Below are positions 28,007 through 40,690 of a stretch of DNA of 64,000 nt, in pieces. Origin of the DNA: Candidatus Obscuribacteraceae bacterium (GTDB lineage: Bacteria; Cyanobacteriota; Vampirovibrionia; Obscuribacterales; Obscuribacteraceae); contig JBGAHS010000002.1 in assembly GCA_044226015.1 (NCBI GenBank), positions 1,043,435 through 1,107,434 of the forward strand, in the 5' to 3' direction. The notes under the pieces were generated by a model. The model did no database searches and was not told the origin of the DNA. It saw only the letters and a list, made by a program, of their open reading frames with translations. The stretch's first letter is position 1; the number at the start of each line of letters is the position of its first letter. The translations under genes were made by a program, and so were the position numbers.

Positions 28007-31000
28007 ATGGCTACCCAGGTCCTAAAAGACACAGTTGATACAAGGCAACTGCTTAAAGCGTTGCGTCTAATGTCGAAGGGCGATTTCAATGTACGCATGC
28101 CAATTGACCAGACAGGTCTTGCAGGCGAAATCTCAGAAGCATTCAATACAGCAATCGATTTGAACGAGCGACTCACTCATGAACTTGAACGAATTGGAAA
28201 CGTTGTAGGTAAAGAGGGACGCATCACGCAGCGAGCATCTCTTGGTGAAGCTACGGGATCTTGGGCAAGTTGTATCAACGCAGTCAACACCCTTGTGGGA
28301 GACCTTGTGCGTCCCACAACCGAGGTAGCGCGCGTAATTGGTGCGGTGGCAAAAGGTGACCTCAACCAGACAATGGCTCTGGAAATCGAAGGGGGTCCTC
28401 TGAAAGGGGAGTTCCTCCGCACAGCCAAAACAATCAACACAATGGTGGAACAGCTTTCTTCGTTCACTTCAGAAGTAACACGTGTGGCTCGAGAAGTAGG
28501 TACGGAAGGAAAGCTTGGTGGTCAGGCGCAAGTAAAAGGTGTGTCGGGCACATGGAAGGACCTCACGGACTCCGTAAACTCGATGGCTTCGAACCTCACA
28601 GCTCAGGTGCGTAACATCGCAGAAGTGACGACCGCGGTAGCAAACGGTGACCTGTCCAAGAAGATTACGGTAGACGTGCGGGGAGAAATTCTCGAGCTGA
28701 AAAACACGATCAACACCATGGTGGACCAGCTCTCCTCGTTCGCATCAGAAGTAACACGTGTGGCGCGTGAAGTAGGTACGGAAGGAAAGCTTGGCGGTCA
28801 GGCGCAAGTAAAAGGTGTGTCTGGTACGTGGAAGGACCTTACAGATAACGTAAATTCAATGGCGTCCAACCTGACAGCTCAGGTGCGTAATATCGCAGAC
28901 GTTACAACCGCGGTAGCAAACGGCGACCTCTCTAAGAAGATCACGGTAGACGTAAAAGGCGAAATTCTCGAGTTGAAGAAAACAATCAACACGATGGTGG
29001 ACCAGCTTACGTCCTTTGCCTCTGAAGTAACGCGTGTAGCACGCGAAGTAGGTACCGAAGGAAAACTCGGCGGGCAGGCGCAAGTAAAGGGCGTCGGCGG
29101 AACGTGGAAGGATCTGACAGACTCCGTAAATTACATGGCGTCGAACCTGACAGCTCAGGTGCGTAACATCGCGGACGTTACAACCGCGGTAGCAAACGGC
29201 GACCTCTCGAAGAAGATCACGGTAGACGTAAAAGGTGAAATCCTCGAGCTGAAGAATACTATCAACACGATGGTGGACCAGCTCTCATCATTCGCAGCAG
29301 AAGTTACACGTGTAGCACGTGAAGTAGGTACTGACGGACGACTGGGTGGTCAGGCGAATGTTCGCGGTGTGTCCGGAACCTGGAAGGACCTCACAGACTC
29401 AGTAAACTCGATGGCTTCGAACCTCACAGCGCAGGTGCGTAACATCGCAGAAGTAACGACGGCAGTTGCAACCGGTGACCTTTCGAAGAAGATCACCGTA
29501 GACGTAAAAGGTGAAATTCTCGAGCTAAAAAACACGATCAACACGATGGTGGACCAGCTCTCATCGTTTGCAGCAGAAGTAACACGTGTTGCAAGAGAAG
29601 TAGGTACGGAAGGAAAGCTCGGCGGACAAGCAGATGTGCGCGGTGTGTCCGGAACGTGGAAGGACCTTACAGACTCGGTAAACTACATGGCTTCAAACCT
29701 CACAGCGCAAGTGCGTAACATCGCTGAGGTGACGACGGCGGTAGCAACCGGTGACCTTTCGAAGAAGATCACGGTAGACGTAAAAGGTGAAATCCTTGAG
29801 CTCAAGAACACGATCAATACAATGGTGGACCAGCTCTCTTCGTTTGCAGCTGAAGTAACACGTGTGGCACGTGAAGTAGGTACGGAAGGGAAGCTCGGTG
29901 GACAAGCTGATGTGCAAGGTGTAACGGGCGCATGGAAGGGTCTCACGGATAACGTGAATCTGATGGCGTCTAACCTCACAGGTCAGGTGCGTAACGTAGC
30001 AGAAGTAACGACGGCAGTAGCAAAAGGCGACCTTTCGAAAAAAATCACAGTAGACGTAAAAGGCGAAATCCTCGAGCTCAAGAACACGATCAACACAATG
30101 GTGGACCAGCTTTCATCATTTGCTTCAGAAGTAACACGTGTGGCTCGTGAAGTAGGAACGGAAGGAAAGCTTGGCGGTCAGGCAGATGTACGTGGTGTGT
30201 CTGGAACGTGGAAGGACCTTACAGACTCAGTAAACTACATGGCGTCAAACCTCACATCGCAAGTACGAAACATCGCAGACGTTACGACAGCGGTAGCAAA
30301 AGGTGACCTATCTAGAAAGATTACCGTAGACGTAAAAGGTGAAATCCTCGAGCTAAAGAACACGATCAACACGATGGTAGATCAGCTCTCCTCGTTCGCT
30401 TCAGAAGTAACGCGTGTTGCAAGAGAAGTAGGTACAGAAGGACGACTGGGTGGTCAGGCAGACGTTAAAGGCGTGTCTGGAACGTGGAAGGACCTCACGG
30501 ACTCCGTGAACTACATGGCGTCGAACCTCACCTCTCAAGTACGTAACATCGCAGATGTAACGACAGCGGTAGCAAAAGGTGACCTGTCCAAGAAGATCAC
30601 GGTAGACGTAAAAGGTGAAATCCTCGAGCTCAAGAACACGATCAACACAATGGTGGACCAGCTTTCATCATTCGCTTCAGAAGTAACACGTGTAGCTCGT
30701 GAAGTAGGTACGGACGGAAGACTGGGCGGTCAGGCAGACGTCAAAGGTGTGTCTGGAACATGGAAGGATCTTACGGACTCCGTAAACTACATGGCTTCAA
30801 ACCTCACCTCTCAAGTACGTAACATCGCAGACGTAACGACAGCGGTAGCAAAAGGTGACCTCTCTCGAAAGATTACCGTAGACGTAAAAGGTGAAATCCT
30901 CGAGCTTAAGAACACGATCAACACGATGGTGGACCAGCTTTCATCATTCGCTTCAGAAGTAACACGTGTAGCTCGTGAAGTAGGAACCGAAGGAAAACTG

Positions 31001-34000
31001 GGTGGTCAGGCAGACGTTAAAGGTGTGTCTGGAACGTGGAAAGACCTTACGGACTCCGTAAATGGAATGGCGTCTAACCTCACAGAGCAAGTACGTGGAA
31101 TTGCAGGAGTTGTAACCGCGGTAGCACAAGGTAACTTGAAGCGAACTCTGGTACTGCAAGCGAAAGGTGAAATCGCGTCACTGGCAGACACGATCAACGA
31201 GATGATCGACACGCTTGCGACATTCGCCGACCAGGTAACCACGGTAGCAAGAGAAGTAGGTGTTGAAGGTGTACTTGGCGGTCAGGCACTGGTGCCTGGT
31301 GCAGCAGGTACATGGAGAGACTTGACCGACAACGTTAATGGATTGGCAGCAAATCTCACCACACAGGTACGAGCTATCGCTGAAGTAGCAACAGCGGTAA
31401 CGAAGGGTGACTTGACGCGATCCATCGACGTTGAAGCAAGAGGTGAAGTAGCATCACTCAAAGACAATATCAACGAGATGATTCGCAACCTGAAAGACAC
31501 GACACAGAAGAACACGGAGCAAGACTGGCTCAAGACGAACCTTGCGAAGTTCACTTCTATGTTGCAAGGTCAACGCGAGATGATTACGGTAGCCAACCTG
31601 ATTCTCTCAGAAGTAGCACCACTGGTAAGGGCACAACACGGCGTCTTCTATGTCAACGAACTGGAAGAAAACGAGCCTGTACTGCGCTTGCTGGGCAGCT
31701 ATGCGTTCCAGAAGAGAAAGCATCTGTCAGAAAAATACAAGATGCGCGAAGGCATCATCGGGCAGTGCGCACTCGAGAAACAAAGAATATTGATTCTCGA
31801 TGCACCCAAAGACTACATCACGATTTCATCAGGACTGGGAGAAGCAGCTCCCGTAAATATAGTTGCGCTGCCAGTTCTGTTTGAAGGCGAAGTCAAAGCG
31901 GTAATCGAGCTGGCTTCGTTCCAGCACTTCAGTGAGACTCACCTGGCGTTCCTCGACCAGCTTACAGAGTCAATTGGAATCGTTTTGAACACAATCGAAG
32001 CGAACATGAGAACAGAAAACCTCCTCATGCAATCACAATCACTCGCGCAAGAGTTGCAAGCACAGCAACAAGAATTGACAGAAACAAACAAGCGACTGGA
32101 ACAACAGGCAAAAACACTGAAAGCATCAGAAGATTTGCTTACAAAACAACAACAAGAACTCCAACAAACAAACGACGAGTTGCAGGACAAAGCACAACTG
32201 CTTGCCCTACAAAACGCGGAAGTGGAAAAGAAGAACAGCGAAATCGAGCAAGCAAGACTTTCACTGGAAGAAAAGGCGGAGCAGCTTGCTCTCACTTCGA
32301 AGTATAAGTCGGAGTTTTTGGCAAACATGTCGCATGAGTTGCGCACGCCACTGAACTCTCTCTTGATTCTCTCAAAATTGCTGACGGACAACTCCGATGG
32401 CAATCTAACGACAAAGCAAGTAGAGTTTGCAAAAACGATTCACGACTCAGGCTCAGACCTGCTGGCACTCATCAACGACATTCTCGACCTGTCCAAGATT
32501 GAGTCTGGAACAATCTCCATTGATGTTGGCGAGTTTCACATCTCAGACCTCACCGAAGGTCTTGAGCGCATCTTCCGTCAGGTGGCAGAGTCAAAGGGAC
32601 TTGATTTCAACATCCAGGTGGATCCATCAACGCCTCGCGTGATAACCACCGATTCGAAGAGACTGCAACAAGTTCTGAAAAACCTACTTTCAAACGCCTT
32701 CAAGTTCACTGAGCAGGGTGGCGTAACTCTAGAAATTAAGCCGACCACAGTCGGTTGGGACCCAAGCCGAGGCACCTTAAATCGGGCACAGACGGTTCTC
32801 TCATTCTCGGTTCGTGACACCGGCATTGGCATTGCTCAAGAAAAGCAGAAGATCATCTTCGAAGCATTCCAACAAGCTGACGGAAGCACAAGCCGCAAAT
32901 ATGGTGGCACCGGACTCGGGCTACCTATCAGTCGCGAAATCTCCAGCCTGCTTGGCGGCGAAATTCGCGTATCGAGTGCACCGAGCGAAGGCAGTACCTT
33001 CACCCTTTTCATGCCGGCAGACTATGTAGAGCCCACTGTGAAACCGCATGTTTTCAGCGCGCCAGTATCAGAATTCCGATTTAAGGAAGGCATCGTAGTC
33101 GATTCAAGTGCTAGCCCGAGCAACGATTCTTCTCTGCTTATTGAAACCGCTATGGCAGACGATCGGGGCAGCCTGCAAGAGAATGATCGTGTTCTGCTAA
33201 TTGTAGAAGACGACTTACATTTTGCGCGCCTGCTTCTAGATGAAGCCCGCGAGCACGGCTTCAAGGGCATCGTAGCTGCCACAGGTGAATCAGGTCTAGC
33301 CCTGGCGACTAGGTTTGGACCAGATGCGATAACACTCGACCTGCGCCTGCCAGACATGGATGGTTGGGCTGTGCTTGACCGTTTAAAACACGATACCAAA
33401 ACACGGCACATACCAGTGCATGTTATCTCGGCAGCAGACTCACAACCGCACCGTGCCTTTTCTCAAGGTGGCATCGGTTATGTCGAAAAGCCGGTCACGA
33501 AAGAGGCTCTGGGTGACGCGTTGAATGGAATCAAGGACTTCATTGAGAAACCAACTAAGACACTACTAGTTATAGATGCCGATGACGAACAGAGACACAA
33601 CATACTGGAACTCTTGAATGAATCAGACATTCAAGTACATGCGGTTAGCTCTGGAGAAGAAGCGTTGCAGCGACTTTCTTCACGTCAGTTTGACTGCGTG
33701 GTCGTAAATCCTCAGTTGCCGGACATGGAACTGAGTGACCTCATTAACAAGATGGAGCATGACTTGAAGATTCAAAAGCTTCCGATGATCATCTACAAAT
33801 CTAAAGACATGGAAGATGAAGAAGAGGGCAATGGTAAGAAAGAAACTGAACTCTTACGCAAATTTAGAGAAGCAGTCATTGTCCGAGAAGCTCAATCACC
33901 CGATCATCTTCTGGATGAAACAGCGCTATTCCTTCACCGTGTAGCAACGAAGCTACCAGACGTAAAACGCAAGATGCTCGAACATGCTCATGCGCAAGAT

Positions 34001-34384
34001 ACTATTCTTGCCGGCAGAAAGATTCTTGTAGTTGATGACGATGTTCGAAACATCTTTGCGTTAACGAGCATTCTTGAAACACAGCAAATGACCGTACTCT
34101 ATGCACAAAATGGACATGAGGCTCTCAGTGTCCTGGAGAGCAATCCTGACATTGAGATCGTGCTTATGGACGTAATGATGCCTGATATGGATGGTTATGA
34201 AACGACCAGACGTGTGAGGCTGATGCCCGAGTTCAGAAATCTACCAATCATTGCACTAACAGCAAAAGCGATGAAAGGCGATAGAGAAAAATGCATCGAA
34301 GCCGGTGCTTCAGATTACATCGCGAAGCCTGTACACACAGAGCAACTTAAGTCGCTGCTACGCGTCTGGTTGTATGACCAATAA
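28007..34384 (+). CDS. Poly-HAMP hybrid histidine kinase (about 12 x 92-aa HAMP units, GAF, HisKA, HATPase, 3 REC); OsaA / fungal group III-like
   Basis: Repeats [59 protein letters not shown]; three receiver domains; GGAG RBS before ATG 28007. Confidence 0.96.
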   Translation: MATQVLKDTVDTRQLLKALRLMSKGDFNVRMPIDQTGLAGEISEAFNTAIDLNERLTHELERIGNVVGKEGRITQRASLGEATGSWASCINAVNTLVGDLVRPTTEVARVIGAVAKGDLNQTMALEIEGGPLKGEFLRTAKTINTMVEQLSSFTSEVTRVAREVGTEGKLGGQAQVKGVSGTWKDLTDSVNSMASNLTAQVRNIAEVTTAVANGDLSKKITVDVRGEILELKNTINTMVDQLSSFASEVTRVAREVGTEGKLGGQAQVKGVSGTWKDLTDNVNSMASNLTAQVRNIADVTTAVANGDLSKKITVDVKGEILELKKTINTMVDQLTSFASEVTRVAREVGTEGKLGGQAQVKGVGGTWKDLTDSVNYMASNLTAQVRNIADVTTAVANGDLSKKITVDVKGEILELKNTINTMVDQLSSFAAEVTRVAREVGTDGRLGGQANVRGVSGTWKDLTDSVNSMASNLTAQVRNIAEVTTAVATGDLSKKITVDVKGEILELKNTINTMVDQLSSFAAEVTRVAREVGTEGKLGGQADVRGVSGTWKDLTDSVNYMASNLTAQVRNIAEVTTAVATGDLSKKITVDVKGEILELKNTINTMVDQLSSFAAEVTRVAREVGTEGKLGGQADVQGVTGAWKGLTDNVNLMASNLTGQVRNVAEVTTAVAKGDLSKKITVDVKGEILELKNTINTMVDQLSSFASEVTRVAREVGTEGKLGGQADVRGVSGTWKDLTDSVNYMASNLTSQVRNIADVTTAVAKGDLSRKITVDVKGEILELKNTINTMVDQLSSFASEVTRVAREVGTEGRLGGQADVKGVSGTWKDLTDSVNYMASNLTSQVRNIADVTTAVAKGDLSKKITVDVKGEILELKNTINTMVDQLSSFASEVTRVAREVGTDGRLGGQADVKGVSGTWKDLTDSVNYMASNLTSQVRNIADVTTAVAKGDLSRKITVDVKGEILELKNTINTMVDQLSSFASEVTRVAREVGTEGKLGGQADVKGVSGTWKDLTDSVNGMASNLTEQVRGIAGVVTAVAQGNLKRTLVLQAKGEIASLADTINEMIDTLATFADQVTTVAREVGVEGVLGGQALVPGAAGTWRDLTDNVNGLAANLTTQVRAIAEVATAVTKGDLTRSIDVEARGEVASLKDNINEMIRNLKDTTQKNTEQDWLKTNLAKFTSMLQGQREMITVANLILSEVAPLVRAQHGVFYVNELEENEPVLRLLGSYAFQKRKHLSEKYKMREGIIGQCALEKQRILILDAPKDYITISSGLGEAAPVNIVALPVLFEGEVKAVIELASFQHFSETHLAFLDQLTESIGIVLNTIEANMRTENLLMQSQSLAQELQAQQQELTETNKRLEQQAKTLKASEDLLTKQQQELQQTNDELQDKAQLLALQNAEVEKKNSEIEQARLSLEEKAEQLALTSKYKSEFLANMSHELRTPLNSLLILSKLLTDNSDGNLTTKQVEFAKTIHDSGSDLLALINDILDLSKIESGTISIDVGEFHISDLTEGLERIFRQVAESKGLDFNIQVDPSTPRVITTDSKRLQQVLKNLLSNAFKFTEQGGVTLEIKPTTVGWDPSRGTLNRAQTVLSFSVRDTGIGIAQEKQKIIFEAFQQADGSTSRKYGGTGLGLPISREISSLLGGEIRVSSAPSEGSTFTLFMPADYVEPTVKPHVFSAPVSEFRFKEGIVVDSSASPSNDSSLLIETAMADDRGSLQENDRVLLIVEDDLHFARLLLDEAREHGFKGIVAATGESGLALATRFGPDAITLDLRLPDMDGWAVLDRLKHDTKTRHIPVHVISAADSQPHRAFSQGGIGYVEKPVTKEALGDALNGIKDFIEKPTKTLLVIDADDEQRHNILELLNESDIQVHAVSSGEEALQRLSSRQFDCVVVNPQLPDMELSDLINKMEHDLKIQKLPMIIYKSKDMEDEEEGNGKKETELLRKFREAVIVREAQSPDHLLDETALFLHRVATKLPDVKRKMLEHAHAQDTILAGRKILVVDDDVRNIFALTSILETQQMTVLYAQNGHEALSVLESNPDIEIVLMDVMMPDMDGYETTRRVRLMPEFRNLPIIALTAKAMKGDREKCIEAGASDYIAKPVHTEQLKSLLRVWLYDQ
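28420..31480 (+). repeat. In-frame 276-bp tandem repeat encoding the poly-HAMP chain
   Basis: Near-identical 92-aa units, about 11 well-conserved copies. Confidence 0.9.
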
Positions 34385-34469
34385 GCACAAGAAGGTTTAG
34401 CAAGTACATCTCTGCTCGCGGAGTGTACTCGCTAAAATAGGTAGAAGGAAGGAATCACGGAGCCTCTCA

Positions 34470-36653
34470 ATGTCAACAGAGCAAGTAAAAATCTTGATTG
34501 TTGATGACCAGCCAGAAAATATTCTGGCCCTGGAGTCCGTTTTGGTGGACCTTGGCGAACAGCTAATCTCAGCATCATCTGGACGAGAAGCACTAAAGCA
34601 TCTGCTCGACCACGAGTTTGCCATTATCTTGATGGACTTAAAGATGCCAGGCATGACCGGCTTTGAGACAGCAGAGTTAATTCGGTCTCGCCAGAAATGC
34701 AGATACACTCCGATAATATTCCTTACTGCAGCATACACTGAAGATGTCCATGAATCAGAGGGATATGCCCTCGGGGCCGTCGACTTCATCACTAAACCGT
34801 TCGTCCCTGAAATTCTGAAATCAAAGGTCACAGTTTTTGTCGACCTCTACAAAAAGACACAAGAGATAAAAAAGCAAACCGACCTCATTACTCTTATCGA
34901 ACGCAAGCGATTGCAGGAAGCAAGAACGCGACTCGATGCTGAGCGTCAATTGATGCAAGAAGAACTGCTGCGTAAAGAAGCAGAGAGAGCATTGCTACTT
35001 GAACGCAGCTTGCAGCTTCAAAAATCAGAACAATTAAAAACTGAATTTTTGGCAAACATGAGTCACGAAATAAGAACGCCAATGCATGGCATTGTCGGTT
35101 TTATCGAACTCCTGACGCGCACCGAATTGAACGACGAGCAGAGGCAATATGCAGATTTCATAGCGCAATCAGCAAACTCCTTGCTGACTTTGATTAACGA
35201 CATTCTGGATCTTTCAAAAGTAGAAGCTGGCAAACTCGATTTAGAAACAGTCGAATTCGATCTGCGATCAGTCGTAGAAGGCACCGCTACACTCGTTGCA
35301 GAGTCGGTTAGAGAAAAGAATCTCAGCTTAATGACTTTCATCGACCCTGACATTCCAGCAGTGCTGCAAGGTGACCCTGGTCGCTTGCGACAGATTTTGA
35401 TGAACCTGATTAGCAATGCTGTGAAGTTTACAGACGAAGGAGAAGTCGTGATTCGCTGCCAGAAAGGAGATACTCCAGACGGCTCGAGACCAAACTCCCA
35501 AAACATCTATTTCAGTGTGAGCGACACAGGCATTGGAATTGCAAAACATCACCTTCCGCATCTGTTTAAGCCCTTTTCTCAAGCAGATGGCTCCACCACG
35601 CGCAAGTATGGTGGCACTGGACTGGGACTGTCCATTTCTAAACGCCTTATAGAATTGATGGGAGGCGATATAGGCGTTAACTCCGAGCCAGGAAAAGGCT
35701 CAACCTTCTGGTTTAAAATCACACTTCCAATTGCTACGTCCATAACTGCGACTCCTCCACTGCGAGACAACAGCCATCGACGAGTTCTTGTAATTGACGA
35801 TCATGCAAGTGCCAGGCGTATCATGCAGACATACTTGCAATCATGGGGAATGTCTTGTGACGTCGCAATAAACGGACAAGACGGACTTGAGCTGATGAGA
35901 ACTAGCGTTACAGAAAATAAGCCTTACGACATTGTCATCACTGACCTTGTTCTGCCAGGAATGGACGGTTTCAAATTGCGCGAGCAGATGGAGCAAGACC
36001 CTAACCTGCAAAAGATGAAAACACTTTTGATCACAGGCTACGATCTGAAGGATAGAGGAAAATCAGCATTAGCAGCTGGGTTCAGCGCTTACCTGACCAA
36101 GCCTCTTGAACAATCACGTTTGTTCAACGCCATAGTGCACATACTGACAGCAAGTGAAAATCCTGAAGAGGAGACAAACGCAGCTGAGAATCTCCTGGAA
36201 AAGAAAGAATCTTCCACTGAAACATCAATAATTCTCCTTGCGGAAGACAACCCAGTTAATCAGAAAGTAGCCACGCTTCAATTAAGTCAGCTTGGTTTCA
36301 AGTGTCATACCACCAGCAATGGAAGAGAGGCAGCTGAAGAATTCGAGCGGAATGGAAATTACGCTTTGATATTCATGGATTGCCAGATGCCCGAGATGGA
36401 TGGGTTCCAGGCAACAAAAGCCATACGCGACCTTGAGGTGCTACGCGGCACACACATTCCTATTGTAGGGCTCACAGCTTACGCAATGGAGGGTGATCGA
36501 GACAAGTGTATTGCAGCAGGAATGGATGACTATGTCAGTAAGCCATCGTCATTCGATAAATTAGCCACAGTTCTAAAAAAATGGCTCCCGGTGCATGCGG
36601 ATGCAATTACCGAGAGACAAAAACTTCTACCAAAACAGCGTTCTACAAAGTAA
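34470..36653 (+). CDS. Hybrid histidine kinase/response regulator (REC-HisKA-HATPase-REC-REC)
   Basis: [52 protein letters not shown]. Confidence 0.95.
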   Translation: MSTEQVKILIVDDQPENILALESVLVDLGEQLISASSGREALKHLLDHEFAIILMDLKMPGMTGFETAELIRSRQKCRYTPIIFLTAAYTEDVHESEGYALGAVDFITKPFVPEILKSKVTVFVDLYKKTQEIKKQTDLITLIERKRLQEARTRLDAERQLMQEELLRKEAERALLLERSLQLQKSEQLKTEFLANMSHEIRTPMHGIVGFIELLTRTELNDEQRQYADFIAQSANSLLTLINDILDLSKVEAGKLDLETVEFDLRSVVEGTATLVAESVREKNLSLMTFIDPDIPAVLQGDPGRLRQILMNLISNAVKFTDEGEVVIRCQKGDTPDGSRPNSQNIYFSVSDTGIGIAKHHLPHLFKPFSQADGSTTRKYGGTGLGLSISKRLIELMGGDIGVNSEPGKGSTFWFKITLPIATSITATPPLRDNSHRRVLVIDDHASARRIMQTYLQSWGMSCDVAINGQDGLELMRTSVTENKPYDIVITDLVLPGMDGFKLREQMEQDPNLQKMKTLLITGYDLKDRGKSALAAGFSAYLTKPLEQSRLFNAIVHILTASENPEEETNAAENLLEKKESSTETSIILLAEDNPVNQKVATLQLSQLGFKCHTTSNGREAAEEFERNGNYALIFMDCQMPEMDGFQATKAIRDLEVLRGTHIPIVGLTAYAMEGDRDKCIAAGMDDYVSKPSSFDKLATVLKKWLPVHADAITERQKLLPKQRSTK

Positions 36654-36731
36654 CAAGCAACCAAGTCTAAATCACAGCGATTGGGATCTTCACTATTTTG
36701 AGTACTAAAGACCCCTATCGCAAGATTCTAC

Positions 36732-37235
36732 TTAACCTATATCTCGTTGCCCACCTTGACCAAACATGGGAAACCACACAAATGAGTTGGTAGTACCCTG
36801 GCGCAATCTGTTCAGAGTTTTGTATGCGCGAGATGATACATAGGGATTATCGTCTTCGCAGAGTTTACTTAGAACAGTGAGTGGCAGATTGTGATTTTCT
36901 GCAAGACTGTATCTCACGTCCACAGCCTCATCACCAGCCAGAAGTAAAAGGACTCTAGCAGGGGTATTTGGATTTTCAGTCAATGCAATTCGAACATCGA
37001 CACATTGATGCCTGGCGAGATCTTCCAGGGTTTCAACATTCGTGTTAGCGTTCTCAGCCACTCTAGCTACGATGTCGTAGCAATCATGGCGAGAAAGCCT
37101 CTTCAAGCACCACGGTTTGGCTTCGGGGTGCGATGCCAAACGCATCTTCGCCAAAATAACCTTTGGTACTCCTCCAACTTCTTGTCCGTTCTCATCGTGT
37201 GAAAAGAAGCGGTCAAAAATTTTCTTTAGCTCCAT
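36732..37235 (-). CDS. Variant leucine-rich (LRV) repeat protein
   Basis: VAENANT, LTENPNTP, LAENHNLP, DDNPYV; AGGAGG RBS before ATG 37235. Confidence 0.85.
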   Translation of the reverse strand: MELKKIFDRFFSHDENGQEVGGVPKVILAKMRLASHPEAKPWCLKRLSRHDCYDIVARVAENANTNVETLEDLARHQCVDVRIALTENPNTPARVLLLLAGDEAVDVRYSLAENHNLPLTVLSKLCEDDNPYVSSRAYKTLNRLRQGTTNSFVWFPMFGQGGQRDIG

Positions 37236-37374
37236 TGTTTCCTCCTGATTCTGCTTCGCTTCTCGTAGAGAAGGACGAAACATAATTCAATCAGCTAAAT
37301 TATTTATTCTAACACTGGTCTTGAAAAACGGCACCACATACGACACTACGTTTTTCGTCCCAAGTTTGAAGGTA

Positions 37375-37399
37375 GACGCAGGGCGAATAGGCATGTTCC
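37375..37399 (-). promoter_or_regulatory. ECF-type promoter GGAAC-N17-GTC
   Basis: Minus strand GGAAC atgcctattcgccctgc GTCTAC. Confidence 0.72.
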
Positions 37400-37765
37400 C
37401 GCAAAATCGTATGCATTTTCAACTTTCCATAAAGAATTGCAGCCGAAAGAAAGCAATTGAAAATTCTTATTTATTGCATGGCTGCGAAGGATAGTCCCTT
37501 GACCGTCAAACGCTTACAAAATAGTTGGATGGTCCGAACCCTTAATTCGATATAGTGCGAAGTGTCGCTACAAATAGATGAGTTAGTCCTTAATTTGAGT
37601 CGGGCACTAAAGCATTTAATCTGCGTCTCATGCGAAGTCAGAATAATTGAGCACTAAAAAAGAAGGAACTGCAACCAGGCTGTATATTACAGTTGAGCGA
37701 ATTCTCGTAAGTTGTAGGCTTTGAAGTGCATAGAGTGTCCAGGACGGGCACGCGGAGGAATAACT

Positions 37766-38308
37766 ATGGCACATGCGATAACAGCGATTCTATCTGGTCA
37801 AGAGCAACCCATTAGAGTTGCGGATGCTTTGAGACAAGCTGGATTCACCAGAGACGAAATTTCAATTCTTCTTCCTGATGACTTCGGCGCACAAGAGCTT
37901 GGGTTTGAACGAAAAACCAAGGCAATTGAAGGGCTAGTCCTCGGTGGCATAATGGGAGCGTTATTCGGAGTAGTTTTGGGGCTGTGCATGGTGCATTTCA
38001 ACCTACAGGCTCCTGGCTTCGAAGCAATCTACATGAGCACGCCCGGCAACGCCGCGCTAACTATGGCTATTCTATGTGGCGCGATAACCGCCGTACTTTG
38101 CGGCGTCATTGGTCTGAGTATTCCAGAATACATTGTCCGCAAGTACGACAGACGCACCAGAGTCGGTGGCTCTCTCCTTTCGGTTCATGTCGATAATTTA
38201 GCTGAACGCCGAATAGCTGAAAAAATCCTCCACATGGAAGGTGCACAAGACATCAAATTTACTGATGAGGAAAAAAATCCTCACAAGCCAATGCAATTGG
38301 CTCGATAA
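37766..38308 (+). CDS. General-stress-type membrane protein (DUF3341/ActD-like architecture)
   Basis: ALRQAGF...ISILLPD, Gly-rich TMs, GLSIPEY, LLSVH, GAQDI; GGAGG RBS. Confidence 0.75.
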   Translation: MAHAITAILSGQEQPIRVADALRQAGFTRDEISILLPDDFGAQELGFERKTKAIEGLVLGGIMGALFGVVLGLCMVHFNLQAPGFEAIYMSTPGNAALTMAILCGAITAVLCGVIGLSIPEYIVRKYDRRTRVGGSLLSVHVDNLAERRIAEKILHMEGAQDIKFTDEEKNPHKPMQLAR

Positions 38309-38326
38309 CTCCCTAATATCTAAACA

Positions 38327-38352
38327 CGAATCCGGCTAATAAGCCGGATTCG
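38327..38352. terminator. Stem-loop / terminator
   Basis: CGAATCCGGCT aata AGCCGGATTCG. Confidence 0.6.
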
Positions 38353-38440
38353 TTGCACGTTTTGAAACTGCGAAAAAATTCCTGGTCTAGGGCAAACTAG
38401 TATTAGTTGCAACTCTAAATTCACGGTTAGGAGTAGCTAA

Positions 38441-40639
38441 GTGACACAATCCAAACAACGCTATGAGTTGGTGGATACGAGTTATGAAGTCGACACTCGT
38501 CCACTATGTTCTGGCATGCCTTTCGTTTTGACGGATGCAGCCCATCCACGAATGGTGCTAAAAAATGGCAGCCATTTCCTTGTAATGGACGAGATGGCTC
38601 AAATGCCAGCGTGCAACAGCTTAGGCTATGGATATTATCGCTTCGACACCCGCCATCTCAGCCAATGGGAAATGTACTTGAACGACGTGCCCCTTTCCTT
38701 GCTGTCGAGTGATCTGCAACATGGTTATTCAGGACGTTTCTTGTACACGAATCCACAACTGGATGGAATGTCACAGCAAAAAATTACAGTGGAAAGACAA
38801 ATCGTGGTGGGTGATTTGCTCTGGGAAAATATTCGACTAGAAAACTTCGGTGGCAAACCATACGATCTGGAACTTTCATTCCGCTTTCAATCAGACTTCG
38901 CGGACATGTTTGAAGTTCGAGGATTGAATCGCGGTGAACGCGGGCATCGCATGCTGCCGTCGAGCAAAGCAGACAATTCAGCGATATTTCTTGCTTACAG
39001 AGGACTTGATGGAGTTCTTCTTGAAACGATTATAGAATTTTTCGGAATGAAGCCACATGAAATTCGTGACGGCGTAGCCAAGTTCAAAATGCAGCTTCCC
39101 CTTAGAGGTCAAATTGAGTTTGGTTTTTGCATCGTGACCAAAATGGGTGGGCACACGATAGGCCAGATTGATTCCGAAGTTTCATTTCATAAGGCAAAGA
39201 CTTCTACAGACGATCACTACAAACAATGGCGCCGAAATACAGTACAGATAGACACCGCTAACGAGTTGTTCAACGTCTCGCTCGGTCGCTCCATCGATGA
39301 CTACTATATATTGAGGCAACCTACTCCCAAAGGTTATGGGCTAGCAGCTGGATTGCCCTGGTATGCAGCAGTGTTTGGCAGGGATAGCGCAATCGCAGCG
39401 CTGCAAGCTGTACCTTTCATGCCGGCGTTAGCCAGAGAGAGCATTGAAGTTTTAGCTGCTTATCAGGGACAAAAAAGCGATGTCTACAAGGTAGAAGAAG
39501 AGGGCAAGATAATGCACGAGCTTCGCCTGGGAGAGCTAGCTAGAACTGGTCAAATTCCTCATGCGCCCTATTACGGAACGGTGGATGCGACCCAGCTATG
39601 GCTGATGTTATTTTGTGAGTACTTCAACTGGACGGGCGACCAGGCGTTCGCAACAGAACTATGGCCAGCGGTGAAAGCTGCCCTTGCATTTCTCGACCGA
39701 GCTGCTGATGAGGGTGATGGCTATATCTTCTATCACCCCAGCCCTAATGGACTAATCAATCAGGGATGGAAAGACTCTGACGATTCCATTATGCATATGG
39801 ATGGAACGCTAGCCGAAGCACCAATTGCGGTGGCAGAAGCGCAAGCCTACCTATACTCTGCAAAACTTCAACTCTCACGTGTTGCTGAAAAACTCGGGCA
39901 TCATCAACTGGCAAACAAACTTACAAATGAAGCGGCTATTCTGAAAGACATGTTCCAGAAAGATTTCTGGATGACTACCGAACGATTTATCTGTATCGCA
40001 CTGGACAAACAAAGGCATCAGGTCGGAGCCATTAGCTCGAATGCAGGACACGCTTTATGGGCTGAAATACTCGATGAGGACAAAGCACATTCAGTTGCAG
40101 ACCGTCTGATGAAACCAGATATGCACTCTGGTTGGGGCATTCGAACCTTATCTGATAACATAGTTGCGTTCAATCCCGTCAGCTATCACAACGGCTCTGT
40201 CTGGCCGCACGACAATGCGATAATCGCCGAAGGCATGCGAAAACTGGGACGCATAGACGACATGCTCAAGATCATGTATGGCATTGTGGAAGTTTCCATG
40301 ACGGACAATGAGCATCGCTTACCTGAAGTATTTTGCGGTTTTGAACGAGTTGGCTCACTAAAACCAGTTGAGTACCCTGTTTCTTGTTCGCCTCAAGCCT
40401 GGGCAGCCGGCAGTATTCTGCACATGATTAAGTCTTGCCTGAATTTTCAACCAGATGCGCAAAACAAGTGTTTAAAGATAGTCGACCCAGCCCTTCCAGA
40501 ATGGATCGGAAATATTTCCATTCGCGGATTGCGTGTGGGAAATGCCACACTGGACATAGGATTTGAATCGCATATGGGAAGTACTTTTGCAAAGATCCTC
40601 CGAAAATCTGGAACTCTCAAGGTAGTGATTGAAAACTAG
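38441..40639 (+). CDS. Amylo-alpha-1,6-glucosidase / glycogen debranching enzyme family protein
   Basis: DFADMFEVRG, AAGLPWY...FGRDS, GKIMHELR, YYGTVDAT, NQGWKDS, YHNGSVWPHD, PQAWAAG. Confidence 0.93.
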   Translation: MTQSKQRYELVDTSYEVDTRPLCSGMPFVLTDAAHPRMVLKNGSHFLVMDEMAQMPACNSLGYGYYRFDTRHLSQWEMYLNDVPLSLLSSDLQHGYSGRFLYTNPQLDGMSQQKITVERQIVVGDLLWENIRLENFGGKPYDLELSFRFQSDFADMFEVRGLNRGERGHRMLPSSKADNSAIFLAYRGLDGVLLETIIEFFGMKPHEIRDGVAKFKMQLPLRGQIEFGFCIVTKMGGHTIGQIDSEVSFHKAKTSTDDHYKQWRRNTVQIDTANELFNVSLGRSIDDYYILRQPTPKGYGLAAGLPWYAAVFGRDSAIAALQAVPFMPALARESIEVLAAYQGQKSDVYKVEEEGKIMHELRLGELARTGQIPHAPYYGTVDATQLWLMLFCEYFNWTGDQAFATELWPAVKAALAFLDRAADEGDGYIFYHPSPNGLINQGWKDSDDSIMHMDGTLAEAPIAVAEAQAYLYSAKLQLSRVAEKLGHHQLANKLTNEAAILKDMFQKDFWMTTERFICIALDKQRHQVGAISSNAGHALWAEILDEDKAHSVADRLMKPDMHSGWGIRTLSDNIVAFNPVSYHNGSVWPHDNAIIAEGMRKLGRIDDMLKIMYGIVEVSMTDNEHRLPEVFCGFERVGSLKPVEYPVSCSPQAWAAGSILHMIKSCLNFQPDAQNKCLKIVDPALPEWIGNISIRGLRVGNATLDIGFESHMGSTFAKILRKSGTLKVVIEN

Positions 40640-40690
40640 ATTTTGATAGCAACTCTCAATTCAGAAAAAAAAAACAAGGAGCATAGAAAC

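Noticed and set aside
28177..35770. Many minus-strand ORFs opposite the two kinases
   Set aside because: Antisense shadows of strongly supported genes with no recognisable motifs.
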